Source: Phoronis australis (lineage: Eukaryota; Animalia; Phoronida). From it: 64,000 nucleotides of DNA. The DNA is taken from positions 282,805 through 346,804 of the forward strand of contig NMRA01000425.1 in the NCBI GenBank assembly GCA_002633005.1, given 5' to 3'. Position numbers and translations under genes: made by a program. Under the pieces are notes generated by a model. It searched no databases. It was not told where the DNA came from and saw nothing but the letters and a program-made list of their open reading frames with translations. This document shows, piece after piece, positions 12,801 to 25,300 of the stretch. Each line of letters opens with the position of its first letter. The stretch's first letter is position 1.

Positions 12801-15800
12801 TTAAAAGATAGAAAGGCCATCTCAGTACACTTGACTTTTCGTCTATTCACTCATTGAAAAAACCTTTACCTGTTTGAGCTTCAGTGTTATCATACATGTT
12901 CAGTGCAATTATTAAAATCCATTCAGTTCACTAACTGTGGATAATGTGTTAGAGGTTTGTGTTTGGTTATTAGGCGTACCTATCAATGCCAAACAGGTGT
13001 TGTCAATGGGGCTTCTGAACATTCACTTGTCCTTTGCGTCCTATTTGATTTGTACGTGCTGCTATTTAGATAAAAACGAAAGCATTGTTGTCCCACATTT
13101 TCAGTATTTAGATATAAAACTATTAAAATGATTACTTGTTTTAAGGGTTTGTGTATACTACAAATTTATTTTCATTTGAGTTGCCATTTTGTTGGTATTG
13201 TGTCGACCAATTATTTTCTCAAAAAACGAAAAATACCTTAATTATGTATAGGTTATTATATAAATGTAAACTTGATGATGCGGGTAATTGTCACCCATGA
13301 CAATGGTGAACTTTTGCTCTAAAAAGCTTAAGACATTTAAAAAGAAAATTCCAACATGGACATATGGAGAGTGTCCAATTTGCAAGCTTATTTTTAAAGG
13401 GAAAAATTTGACACAAACCAGTGCTAATCAACTCTGTCAAAGTTATGTCACTTGTTTTTTAAAAATATTTTTCAATCAGAGTAAAAATTCTGTGATCTCA
13501 ATTCTTGATTTGCATAAAATATTTGCATAGATTTTGTTGATTTTGATGTGTCACTTAGCTGTGTTAGACATACCTCATACAAAACGCTAAAAATAGCATC
13601 AATTAGGCAATTCTCCTGAATGGTGTCTTTGTATAGCATTTATTTCCAATTCTATGTTTTGTTCCAGGCGGCACAGATGTCCCCACCGTCCGCGTGGCAT
13701 CCTCACCAGGGGAGACCAACCTTGCATGCTAACTGAGTATGCTAACCGCTACTTAGCCAACCCTGTGCAGCCCCGACAGTCATTCAAGCCTCAGGAGAGA
13801 CCCATGCAGGGTGCAGGGCCCTTGGCAAAGGACACAACAAACAGGTAACTATTTGGAGCGAGTGCATACTTTGAGAAATGTGTTGACTGTTGCATTTAGT
13901 TTATTTATTTCAAGTCATAAGTGCAATGCTTATCCTACATGTATTTAAACATGGTGTTGTGCCATGTTTAAAATGAAATGCTCCATTTGGAAATCTTGAA
14001 CCATGTGTTGAAAGCTCTAAGCCAAGCATGTTGAAGTTCTTGAGCCATTTTTTCTGGTTTGCAAGAGGAATGATTGAAATTGTGTTGCATAGTGGTATTG
14101 ATTTTTATTAGTTTTCTGTAAAAATGACAATGTCTTACTCAGCAAATGAAAGTTATGTGCAACCTATAGTTGTTTTCGAAATTAAAAATAAAATTATGAA
14201 GGATCTTATTGAGCTGTTGGTCTCTTTAGCCAAATATCTACAAAACTGTAGAATTTAACTCAATGAATGTATTTATTTTATGAAAGTAGGCATCCTGTAG
14301 AACTTAGTTTTTGACTTTATACCAATACGCTATTAATTGGATCATGTGACCATGTCTTTTTAGTAACATTTAGCACCAGCAACATTAACAAACTCATGAA
14401 AATGTTCCAAGATGAAATCTCAAAAATATCATTTCATTTTTGATTTGCTCAATTTTAGATTTTTTTCATGAAAAACTTAAACGTCCCATTTTTATAGCCC
14501 TCTCGCAAATGTGGAACATTTTGAAAAAAGTGCATAAAGTATGGTGTTTAAAAGTTTAATATGATTCTGATCAGCACTTTTTGAGATATGATGCTCTAAA
14601 CTTTGCCATGTTTGTCTTATTTTTGAATGTCCTACATTAACATAACAGAAAAGAAGATTTAAGGACAAGCAAAACAAACTCAGTGAAGGACAAGCAAAAT
14701 AAACTCAGTGTGCAATTTGCACCATGTTTGAGGTTTTGCTCAGGGATGCCTCTGAAGAGACCAGCATTTGCTCTCTAACTTAACATCCTAATTTTACTGT
14801 GTAGTGCTAGCAAAACTGATCTTAGGCTTGTTTCCAGGCCGCTGACTCAGAGACAAAATCAGAATAATCAATAAAAAACATGTGCGTTACGTGTGTTTCC
14901 TTGATTTTTTGTCTTTTGTCTTTCTATAATGTTGCTATGGTTTCCTTTTAAGTGGCACAGTGTGCAATTACATATAAAAAGAACGCTATCGTCTTAACAT
15001 TTTACAATGCATTGTGCTTCATTAATATTGTTGTTCACATTTGTATGCAGGGTACAAAAACTTCTAGTTTTTAGCGATAAGTATTCTAGGGATGAACATA
15101 ATTCCAGGACCCTGTATGTTTTTGCAGAGTTGATTACATTGCGCACAAACTGCAGCGGCCATTTGTACACCAACCCGAGGAGTATACCAAACCACAGGGA
15201 GATATCGATACAATGACTTCATACAAGAAGGAGTACACAGGTACAATAGATTTGTATTTAGTACCTAAGACAAGTGTGGCAATTCACTTAATTTGCACAA
15301 AAATATTGCCAAATGGTAATTTTTTGTTTTTCAATGGCTTATTAGATTTTTGCAAATAATGGTAACTTGAGCAAAAGTTACTTTCTAATACCTTAACAGT
15401 GCAAATCATGCATGTAATAAGCTAAAGTGACTGTGAAGAAATTTAACAATGAAAGTAAAATTTCACTTGTCGGCCATCATAATTAGTGCATGCTTGACAG
15501 AATAGATTTTGTTTTTTAAAAAAAAAATTAATTTGTCGTTATTTTTAATTATAGGTAAACAGGGAGATCGCCCAAGTCTTATTCGTCGTGAGCCAAGGCG
15601 GACTGTACAGGGAAAGTTTGATGGAGAACCAACTTACAAAAGTAATTTTGTTCACTGTTTATTTAGCACACTGTTAAAAAGTAAAATATGTAGATGTGCT
15701 TGATTTAAACATTTTGTTTCCCTTTTAATTTTTATTAATATTCAGCTGCCATCCTATCTGGGACTAGTTTCACCTCCACAGGTCTTTTTATTTTATAGAT

Positions 15801-17881
15801 ATTACTGCACAGGGTTACCGAGGCAACAAATCTGTGTTTGCTGTCAAAAAACAACTTTTGATCAAGGCCGTAGAATCTCATATTGCTCCTTATTTAGATT
15901 TTAAATGATTCGCTAGGCTTGAGGATAATTGACAGATCATTACTTGTTCAGTCCATGCCCATTAGCTACATATCACGTTGCCAGTATGGCTGCCAGGGAA
16001 ATTCCTAGCGATTTGTTGTGATCAGTTTCAATTCAAACAAAGGATAAGAACATGAAAATGTTTGCAAGAGGAAAGTGGCTGTGAAAAGAAAATTAGGGTA
16101 AAAATTATTCAATTTTGGGACAAAAATAATTGCTAAAATTTCTGTTTTTCAAAAGCTTACCACTTTCTTGCAAATGCTCAAAATTTCATCAACTGTTGTT
16201 TGGTAATAGCTGCACCATACAAACCATGTTTGGTAATAGCTGCACCATACAAACCATGACAGAAGAAAAGTAAATTTTCCTGAAAACTTACTTTTGTTGA
16301 GAAATTTGTGTCCCAAACTGAATATTTTTACCATGATGTAATATTTAGGACCAGAATATGACTTATAGCAGATGATTATGTAGACTTGACTGTATAACAG
16401 GAATGATTATTCATTTACAGCTGACTACAGGAAGTGGAGCCTTCCTCAGCGTCCAGACAAGTACAACACGGAACCTATGTGGATTCCACCGACAGAGAAA
16501 TTCCAGGGAGCATCCACAACTAAGCAGGACTATCAGTATAAGCCTCAGGGTGTTCGACAAAGCTGCAAGCCTGATGAATATGCCAACTTGTCAGGTGATC
16601 CATTTAATGACGCCACCAATTACAAGATAGACTACGTCAAGCATCCTCTTGCTGGACGCCAACGCCGTGAGCCTGAGGTGTATCAAAGGCCCGGTGTGCC
16701 TTTTGATGGACTTTCAACATTCACCAGAGACTTTGGCCCTAAGCAGGTGAGTGCAGATTTCCCAGTCACATGGCATTTCCTTTCATTGGTGGATTTTGAG
16801 GGATGTGATATCAAAATAATTACGTACTCGGTGTTATTAACCAGTCGTGTCGTAACACATTCCAGTTCATGTGAGAAAAGTGGATGCCAAAATATGGTCA
16901 CATTATATCAGATGTTTATTTAATCTGGGAGAATTTGAAATCTGGAAATGGTTTTAAAATTCATCTTCTGTTTGGCTGACTTGGTTACGGAATTTTGGGC
17001 ATTGACTCAAAGATGCTTGTCTTTTCCACATTTCAGTGTTGACTTATATTTCATTTGATAGTCATTGTGTACTGTATATTACATACTCATTGTGTACTGT
17101 GTATTACAATAAACATGTCCATAGAGTTACTGTTGCATAGCACAATTCATATTCTTCCATTGACTGCAAATTGTCAACAACGGGCTTTTTCTGTTCTTAG
17201 GGTGGCAAACAGACCAGCTGCAAACCTAATGATCTTGGCTATACATCTGATGCACCATTCCAAGGTGCGACAACAAACCGAACCGACTTCAAGACGTGGC
17301 CTGTTGGCCGTCCATACCACCACGAGCCTGACCAATGGCAGAAGCCCTCTGGTGAAATGGATCTCCGCACTACACACAACCTTGAGTACACAAAAAAGCC
17401 GATTGACAGAGCTGTAGCCAAGAGGCCGCAAGAACAACGACCACGCAGTGCCACATTTGACGGCACGACAAATTACTCTCAAGATTACCGAAAGTGGGAA
17501 ACTGGACGCCAGCCACGACCAATGGGACACTCCGAGTACGTCCCGCCAAGTCAGCCATTTGAAGGAGAGTCTACTGTTAAGTCACATTTTGTACCGCACA
17601 AAATCACGCCTGTACAGAGTTACAAGCCAGATCAGTATGCTCTCAACTCTGACACTCCATTTGATGGCAACACGATGTACCGCACTGAGTACACACCTAA
17701 GAAGGCAGACATTTGTCCTGCAGCGATCTTGGACACGACCAGGTCCAAATACATTTACCAGAACCAGGATGAAATTGGTCACAAGTTTTATCGTCCTGTT
17801 TTCGAATCCGTTACGGAAATCCCGACAAAAACCAACGATGCTGCAGCTATTGGAAAAATGGCTCAAGCAGTTTTGGCGTAA
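9856..17881 (+). CDS. SAXO2: Stabilizer of axonemal microtubules (SAXO1/SAXO2, FAM154 family), 473 aa, 6 coding exons
   Basis: Exons 9856-9893, 13668-13844, 15128-15240, 15555-15641, 16421-16746 and 17201-17881 join in frame (1422 nt). The N-terminus MPKRCICEICTCGRHRCPH is the FAM154 Cys-rich motif. Twelve Mn-type repeats are visible (TEYANRY, TTNRVDY, TSYKKEY, PTYKTDY, STTKQDY, TNYKIDY, STFTRDF, TTNRTDF, TTHNLEY, TNYSQDY, STVKSHF, TMYRTEY). Symbol chosen from adjacency to EFL1; probably co-orthologous to SAXO1 and SAXO2. Confidence 0.92.
11247..11260. promoter_or_regulatory. RFX X-box (GTTGCCATAGCAAC) in SAXO intron 1
   Basis: Matches the 14-bp X-box consensus GTHNYYATRRNAAC and lies inside a ciliary gene. 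Confidence 0.7.
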
Positions 17882-19129
17882 ACTTGAAAGTGTTTGTTTT
17901 TTCCATGTCCCGTCTCGTTTTAGTAAAATGTATTTATTCTCTGCATCTTTTACAACGCGTGTATGAAACAAGGCAGTGCACTTTTGTACAACTTTGTGGT
18001 GCAATTTTAGAACAACTTAAAATTGTTTTGCTCAAATGAAGAGACTGAAGTTAGTTTCACTGGCTTCATTCACACGTTTAATTGTACAGTGGATGAATGT
18101 AATATGTACATTTTTGTCTAAGGTTTATTTGTGTTGAGCTAGTAGACATTTCACTGTTTAGTTCAGAATATTGAAAATTGCACTCAAGGCAAACTGTTTT
18201 ACTGAGACATGAATTTCTCTGGTTGAATTTTTGCGGTACATCTGTGCAGAACAATTATTTTTGTAGTTTTGAAATCTTTGTCCAGACATCAGTTCACTTA
18301 ATTAACCATTTTGAAGATATTTTTAACTTTTTGTTATTGCAGTCATTCCATGTTTATTATTTTGTAACTACCTAAAGACTGTAAGTAAAAATTTTCTATT
18401 TAAGTTCAATAATTACCTAGGAATACTTGTTTTTAAGTAACATGTTTGCGAAAAAAAATGCACTAATCAGGTAGAGTATTGATTTAATGCTACTGTATAT
18501 TGTTGATTGTATATTATTATTATACACTCATTGTATGTTGCAGCTAACACTGGAGATTTTATTCAGTCACCAGAATCTATTTGTAGATCAGTGCCATACA
18601 TTTCAACACCTCTTCCTAACTATTGACCAAGAATACTCTCAAATTTACGATCATTCCAATAATTTATCGCCAATACTACATTACAGGTAATTCTGTGATA
18701 TTTAGACATTTTGTTTTTCAGGTATTCACACCTGTGACTTTACACAAGTGTCCGTTGTATAGGTTCATTGTGCATTGAGTCTTCACAGATTGATTTGCTA
18801 GAAAATAATTTTTGTGTGCCACAAGCATTCCGATACTATTTACGCAAGTCTGAATTGTGGTTGGATTGAACATTCATTTTGATGTAATTTACAGTTAGAT
18901 CATTCAATGTTGCTGCATTTTACAGCTTCCTTGTATTTGTATTTGTATAGTTATATAATAAACTCTACAGTGAATTTTTAATAATCACGTGTGAGTATTT
19001 GATATAAACTCTGAAACCATACACACTGTTGAAATGGAATATATTAAAATACTTCAAGATGAAATGGTGGCAGGTAATCAGGAACCGTTGCATTGTAGAC
19101 CCCCAAAACGGCAGGACAGCCACTCAGTG

Positions 19130-19921
19130 CCATACACCTGAACCTTTCCTTAATGCACCATACACCTGAACCTTTCCTTAATACACCACACACCTGAACC
19201 TTTCCTTAATACATCACACACCTGAACCTTTATTTAATGCACCACGCACCTGAACCTTTCCTTAACGCACCATACACCTGAACCTTTCCTTAATACACCA
19301 TACACCTGAACCTTTCCTTAATACACCACACACCTGAACCTTTCCTTAATACACCACACACCTGAACCTTTCCTTAATACACCACACACCTGAACCTTTC
19401 CTTAATACACCACACACCTGAACCTTTCCTTAATACACCATACACCTGAACCTTTCCTTAATACACCACACACCTGAACCTTTCCTTAATACACCACACA
19501 CCTGAACCTTTCCTTAATACACCACACACCTGAACCTTTCCTTAATACACCACACACCTGAACCTTTCCTTAATACACCATACACCTGAACCTTTCCTTA
19601 ATACACCACACACCTGAACCTTTCCTTAATACACCACACACCTGAACCTTTCCTTAATACACCACACACCTGAACCTTTCCTTAATACACCACACACCTG
19701 AACCTTTCCTTAATACACCATACACCTGAACCTTTCCTTAATACACCACACACCTGAACCTTTCCTTAATACACCACACACCTGAACCTTTATTTAATGC
19801 ACCACGCACCTGAACCTTTCCTTAACGCACCATACACCTGAACCTTTCCTTAATACACCATACACCTGAACCTTTCCTTAATACACCATACACCTGAACC
19901 TTTCCTTAATACACCACACAC
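19130..19921. repeat. Minisatellite, 28-bp unit x~28
   Basis: Unit CACACCTGAACCTTTCCTTAATACACCA, no spacers. Confidence 0.97.
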
Positions 19922-20571
19922 TTTCCATTGTTAATTGGCTACCTTAATTAATGATCTAATTTCGTAAATACCACTTTTTAAGTATTGCTTGTAGTTCCAT
20001 AAAACTATAGTTTTAAAATCCTTAACAATAAAAAGTATGATTACTTGCACAGAAATGATCGCCATGTGTTTGTAAAACATCTGGATTTTCCGCAGAGATG
20101 ACAGTAATTTCCTCAAAACTTGTTCCTTTATCAAAACAGTATCTTCTCAAGGCCTTATAGCTCGAGAACTTTAAAACTTGAAGGTGTTGAAATCCTTGAA
20201 AACACAGAAGTCTGGTTTTTGACTGCCAAACTCTTGGGATAAAAGGCCTTGAAAGATGATTTCGTTGCTCAAGATTCTGCGATTACTTTGAAAATGTAAT
20301 GTAATTTCATGAATCTGTTATTCAAACATAAAAAGATAAGTTATTTCAGAAATTCAATTTTTGATAATGATGGAAGCTAGCCTATTACCTAAATCGTGCT
20401 CATCCGAATGTGTTTTAAGTGATTGACTGAGAACCTGGATATAAAGCAAAAATGATTTAAAAGGTCTGCTCATACCTAAAAAAAGATTATGTAAGGCCTT
20501 ACAAAAAATGGCCAACTTTGACAAACTTCGGAATATCCTACCTCAGAAATTGTTGGATTCCTGAAAAACGT

Positions 20572-20762
20572 TCACATACTATGCCTTATGCACTACTCTC
20601 CTTCACATACTATGCCTTATGCACTACTCTCCTTCACATACCATGCCTTATGCACTACTCTCCTTCACATACTATGCCTTATGCACTACTCTCCTTCACA
20701 TACTATGCCTTATGCACTACTCTCCTTCACATACTATGCCTAATGCTTTACGCAATACTCTC
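20572..20762. repeat. Minisatellite, 31-bp unit x~6
   Basis: Unit TCACATACTATGCCTTATGCACTACTCTCCT. Confidence 0.92.
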
Positions 20763-21032
20763 CCAACTGCTTTAAGAATTCTAAAGTTCCATCTTTGCAT
20801 GAAGAGCTATCAAAAATAGGACTTCTTAATGTAAAAGCTCAAAGTTGCATAGAAACAAAACATAGTTACAACATACTTGAAGGGACTTTTGTACGTTACG
20901 ATAGTTTGCTGTAACGAGGGTAGACATGTTTCATCTCCCTAACTTACAGCACCACTGCGTCATCTTTTAAAAAAATAGGCCTACAGTAACACCGTAGTTC
21001 ACTGTACTGCTTATACTGCTAAGTAGCGTCGC

Positions 21033-21092
21033 TATGTAGGGACGTTATGTAAGGACGTTATGTAGGGATGTTATGTAGTGATGTTATGTAGT
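21033..21092. repeat. Short tandem repeat, 13-bp unit x~4.5
   Basis: TATGTAGGGACGT variants. Confidence 0.75.
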
Positions 21093-22354
21093 GTGGCATT
21101 ATGTTGTTTGCGAAAATGGGACGTTTCATGATAAAGCAATTCGGCACGTGTGCATTTTAGTTTTAGAAAAGAAAATACATTTGCTTCAACCTATCGCCTT
21201 GTTGACTTGCTTTGTAACAACACAAAATTCAAACAAAGGCCCAGTATATCTTCAGTAGTGTTGTAAGTCTGTGTGCACGTTCCTCCAACATGGGGTCCCA
21301 AAGTAGGCCACCGTTAACGTAGCTGATGGCCTCAAGGTAGGGAATATTTTAAACGTTATATCCAAGTAGTTGTTGTAAAGGTGAACGATTGTGACTAACA
21401 CCTAAATACAACAGATATAATCAAGACTTGGAAGTTTGCATGTTCTATCTCAAAAGTTGTTAACAGAATACATTATAACCAGACTTGACTGTATTTTGCT
21501 TGATAGGGTTACATTTTCATGTGAAAATTTTAAGCCAAATTGTGTTCCATGAGGTTTCTGCCTTCACTCCCATGTTATGAATCAAACTTACATAGGTCTG
21601 AGAACGAAAAGGAAGATTTTGCTGGTAAAATTATCAAGCTGTATTTAGTAAAATAAGCTTTGTTGACAAAGCAACATTGACAACATGCCCACAATGTTAG
21701 AAACAATGCAAAGCTTACATTTTAACAAAGAAGCCTGTGAGACAAATTATTGTTATGATGGCTCTTACGTTACATTATCCCAGGCTACTACAGATGAGTG
21801 AATTTTAATAAGAGCACAGACCACTCATGAATTACATCAACAATAATATACAAAAAATACGTAAAAAATTCCCCCACTCTGGGGCTATGCTTAAGGTCAG
21901 AGTTTGTACCAAATTTTAGAGAAAGGCCAATTTCAAGAATTATGATCAACTACAAACTTTTACCTCAGTGTTGCACACTAAGGGGTTGACAAATGCACAC
22001 CAGTGGCTATTTGTGACAATTTTATGAGCTACTAAGACTCTCTTGATTTACAAAATGCAGTGGCCGAAATTGAGAAATAACATTAATCGAAAAGTTCATA
22101 ATTATGCCCTTATCTTCAGAATCATGAAAATTCCATTTTGGCTTAAATGTTGGAGTTCTTGATTTTCCAGACAGTTCCAAACTGGAGAACTTTTGCATAA
22201 TATACCACTTTAATAAGGCATTTGGACTCTTTCTAGTTAGCAAGTCTTTTGCCAAAAAACTTTTCAAGAAAAATATAATCATCAAACAGGTAAATAGAGG
22301 ACAAATTAATTACATGATTACATAGGCAATGCCAACGAGGACAGAATCCCTCCT

Positions 22355-25300
22355 TTAAGAATTCTTTTGCAAAACCTTGGTTGTCACCTGGAAAAAGAAA
22401 AACAGGCATTCCTCAATCAACTATTTGAATTGATCCAGAATATTCTGCTGTTTCATTCGCTTTCAACCCATCAAAAAACACTACCTGTTACACTTGTTAA
22501 ATATATTCACCTCTGAAGAAATTGTAAAAAATGAGAGGATGATTAAGAGGAAACTGCAACCCACTGTCATGACCACAGATTACAATAAAACAAGAGCAAT
22601 GGAGAGTGTTGGTGAGCACCCACTGTGTGCACCACATACAGCCCAGCACCAAGAAATGTTTATAATATTTTAAACATTCCCACTAGAGGGAGCAACAAGA
22701 GCAACTGCCAGCTTGTAAATTTCTGGTGCCAGCATTGCAGCTGAATGTGGTGTAACAGCAAAACTTTATTAACAACAGAATTTGAAATATTAAAATAGTT
22801 TTGTGGTAAATTAAGTTTCAGCACGGCAGCAGTGTAAAATTGCGGCGCAAGTTTCCTACTGATGCGGAGCATTAAAGGTGACTGATACTGCATAATCAGA
22901 GGGCGCCCTCTGTTAAGAACAAACAAGACAGGAAAATTCCACCTATGGGAGATGAGAGACACTAGAAAACCAGGCAAGACAATTATAATTAAGGTGAGAG
23001 TACATGTAACTGACTACAGTTTCAGAGTCTAGCTCCAAAATAGCTAAGTTGATTTAGCTTTTAGTTTTAAATCAACATTTTCAATTCTTGTCTCAAGACA
23101 ATCAAAGTTTTCAGAATCACACAGCCATAAGATAAGGACAAAACATAGTGCACCGGCAAACAGAGACATTCATTTCGCCTTAATGTTCCAGTTTTCTATA
23201 ATGTTATATAACTAATGGAATGCAAGAGTTTGAAGACTCATCCGGAACTAGAGTGTCATAATGTGAGATGTATTACTTACAGTTTTGACCTCAGTGTAAG
23301 CCTCCAGGCCGTACTCGCCGAGCTCACGTCCATTACCAGACATCTTGTAGCCACCAAATGGAGCAGCTGCGTCAAACACATCATAACAGTTCACCCTGTA
23401 GACCAAATGGAGACCAGAAACAATGAGTTTCATTGGCACAAAAACTCAAATCATTATACAAATTGTTAGAATTTGCCATGAAAGCATCCAATTTCTGCAA
23501 TATCATGATGACCTGTCGCACAGTGTCTCGGAATTAATATACAGAATGGAATTGCCAGTTATTTTGAACCACGATTCACATTAGAACATTATAAACCTAA
23601 CACTTAAACAACAATTCAATAATAAGAATTAGATGTCAAGCAGCAGGAGAAACATCACAAATATTAAAGGAAATTTTTACACCACAGCGAGATGTATAGA
23701 TACATTCTGACAATAGTGTTAACGATGTGCATAGTTTTGTTGCAAACTCTCACAAATTGTACAACACAATGACTATCCACTGGCAGGAAATCTGATGTTA
23801 TTACTGCATGAGCAAATTTTTAACTCTAGAACTGAGTTTTTCGTTGCTAATACTAAACTTGCCCCGATTTGACACCACCACAAATCTATGGTCAAATGAT
23901 CAAACACAACACGACAAGTCTAACTCACCACACTGTGCCAGCTCTGATGTGATGAGCCAAGTAATTAATCTTGTCAATGTCTTTGGAGAATACGCCTGCC
24001 CCAAGGCCGTACTCGGTGGCGTTGGCACGCTCCACCACCTCTTCCAGAGAGCTGAACTTAGTGATCTGCATGACTGGGCCGAAAATCTGTGACAAGAGAC
24101 TATTGTTGGTTTGATGTGACTTCATCAAGCGGATGATAAACGATCATCAGTCTCATCGCCATTCATACCCTCATTCATGAAAAATCTCATTCGATCACAA
24201 ATAATCATGATATAGTATTATATAGATATCAATGGCTGGTATAATTTTTCAAATGAGGTTTTCCATGAATGATGGTATGAATGACGATCAGACTGATGAT
24301 CGTTTATTATCAGCCAAATGTGAAGTGAATGTCTGAGGGCTTCATCAGCAGGGCTGTACTCAGTATACTTATAACAGTCAGGTCATGCTCACAGTTGTGC
24401 CACAAATTCTGCTTATGCAATGAAAGTGGATTCTATCCTATAATTCATGAATTTTATTCCATAATTCCACATTTCCAACCTCACCAGCCAATCACTTCTG
24501 AGGTGGCCATTTTGCTAGGTTACACTAGCAATGGGTTTTTAACAAATTCATGAAACATTCGCCTTTTACTAGTGTAACATAGCGCATCTGAAAAGACATA
24601 CACCTGGACATTACCTCTTCTTTGGATATTCTCATGTTGTCCTTCACATCCCCAAACACAGTCGGCTGCACAAAGTACCCCTTGTCTCCAATACGTTCCC
24701 CTCCAGCCACCAGGTTGGCCCCCTCCTTCTTGCCGCTGTCAATCAACTCCATGATCTTTTCAAACTGCTCATTGTCAATCTGAGGATGAGACAACATTTC
24801 AAAATACGATTGCCAATGGTAATTTTTGAGCAAAAGAAGAACTTCAAATAACAACAATAACAACAACAATAACAATAACAATAGCAGTTCTTTTCATTTA
24901 GACAATCCCACTATTGATATCAGAGAACGAATTCATGTTTAGCGGCATGTCGCAATTTGTCACATCTCAAAATTTTCAAAATATCACACAAATGTCTCGA
25001 TTGTCACAGCTTTTTGCAATTGTATAAGTAGCATCTGACTTCCCATTTTGTCAAACACACGAGACACAATATTTGTCAGCGACAATGGATTCCATAATTT
25101 TAGAATTTATGAAAAAAGAACCATCACTTGATGCTGTGTAACTGTAAGCCAAACACTAGCACTAACTACATGACTCACATTTTGTCACAGAATTCTCAAA
25201 ATGTCATAAAACTTAACAGAATTTCAGACAAGCATGTTTAGTCACAGTATGTCACAAAGAATCTATTTTCTGTAAATACAACACTTTTTAAGTCGAGCCC

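Noticed and set aside
17055-18004. Overlapping alternative-frame and antisense ORFs over the last SAXO exon
   Set aside because: Shadow ORFs of a real coding exon with no recognisable motifs.
19130-19921. CRISPR-like appearance of regular 28-44-bp repeats (also 4302-4603, 20572-20762, 53127-53517)
   Set aside because: The units are contiguous with no unique spacers, there are no cas genes, and the context is eukaryotic. These are minisatellites.
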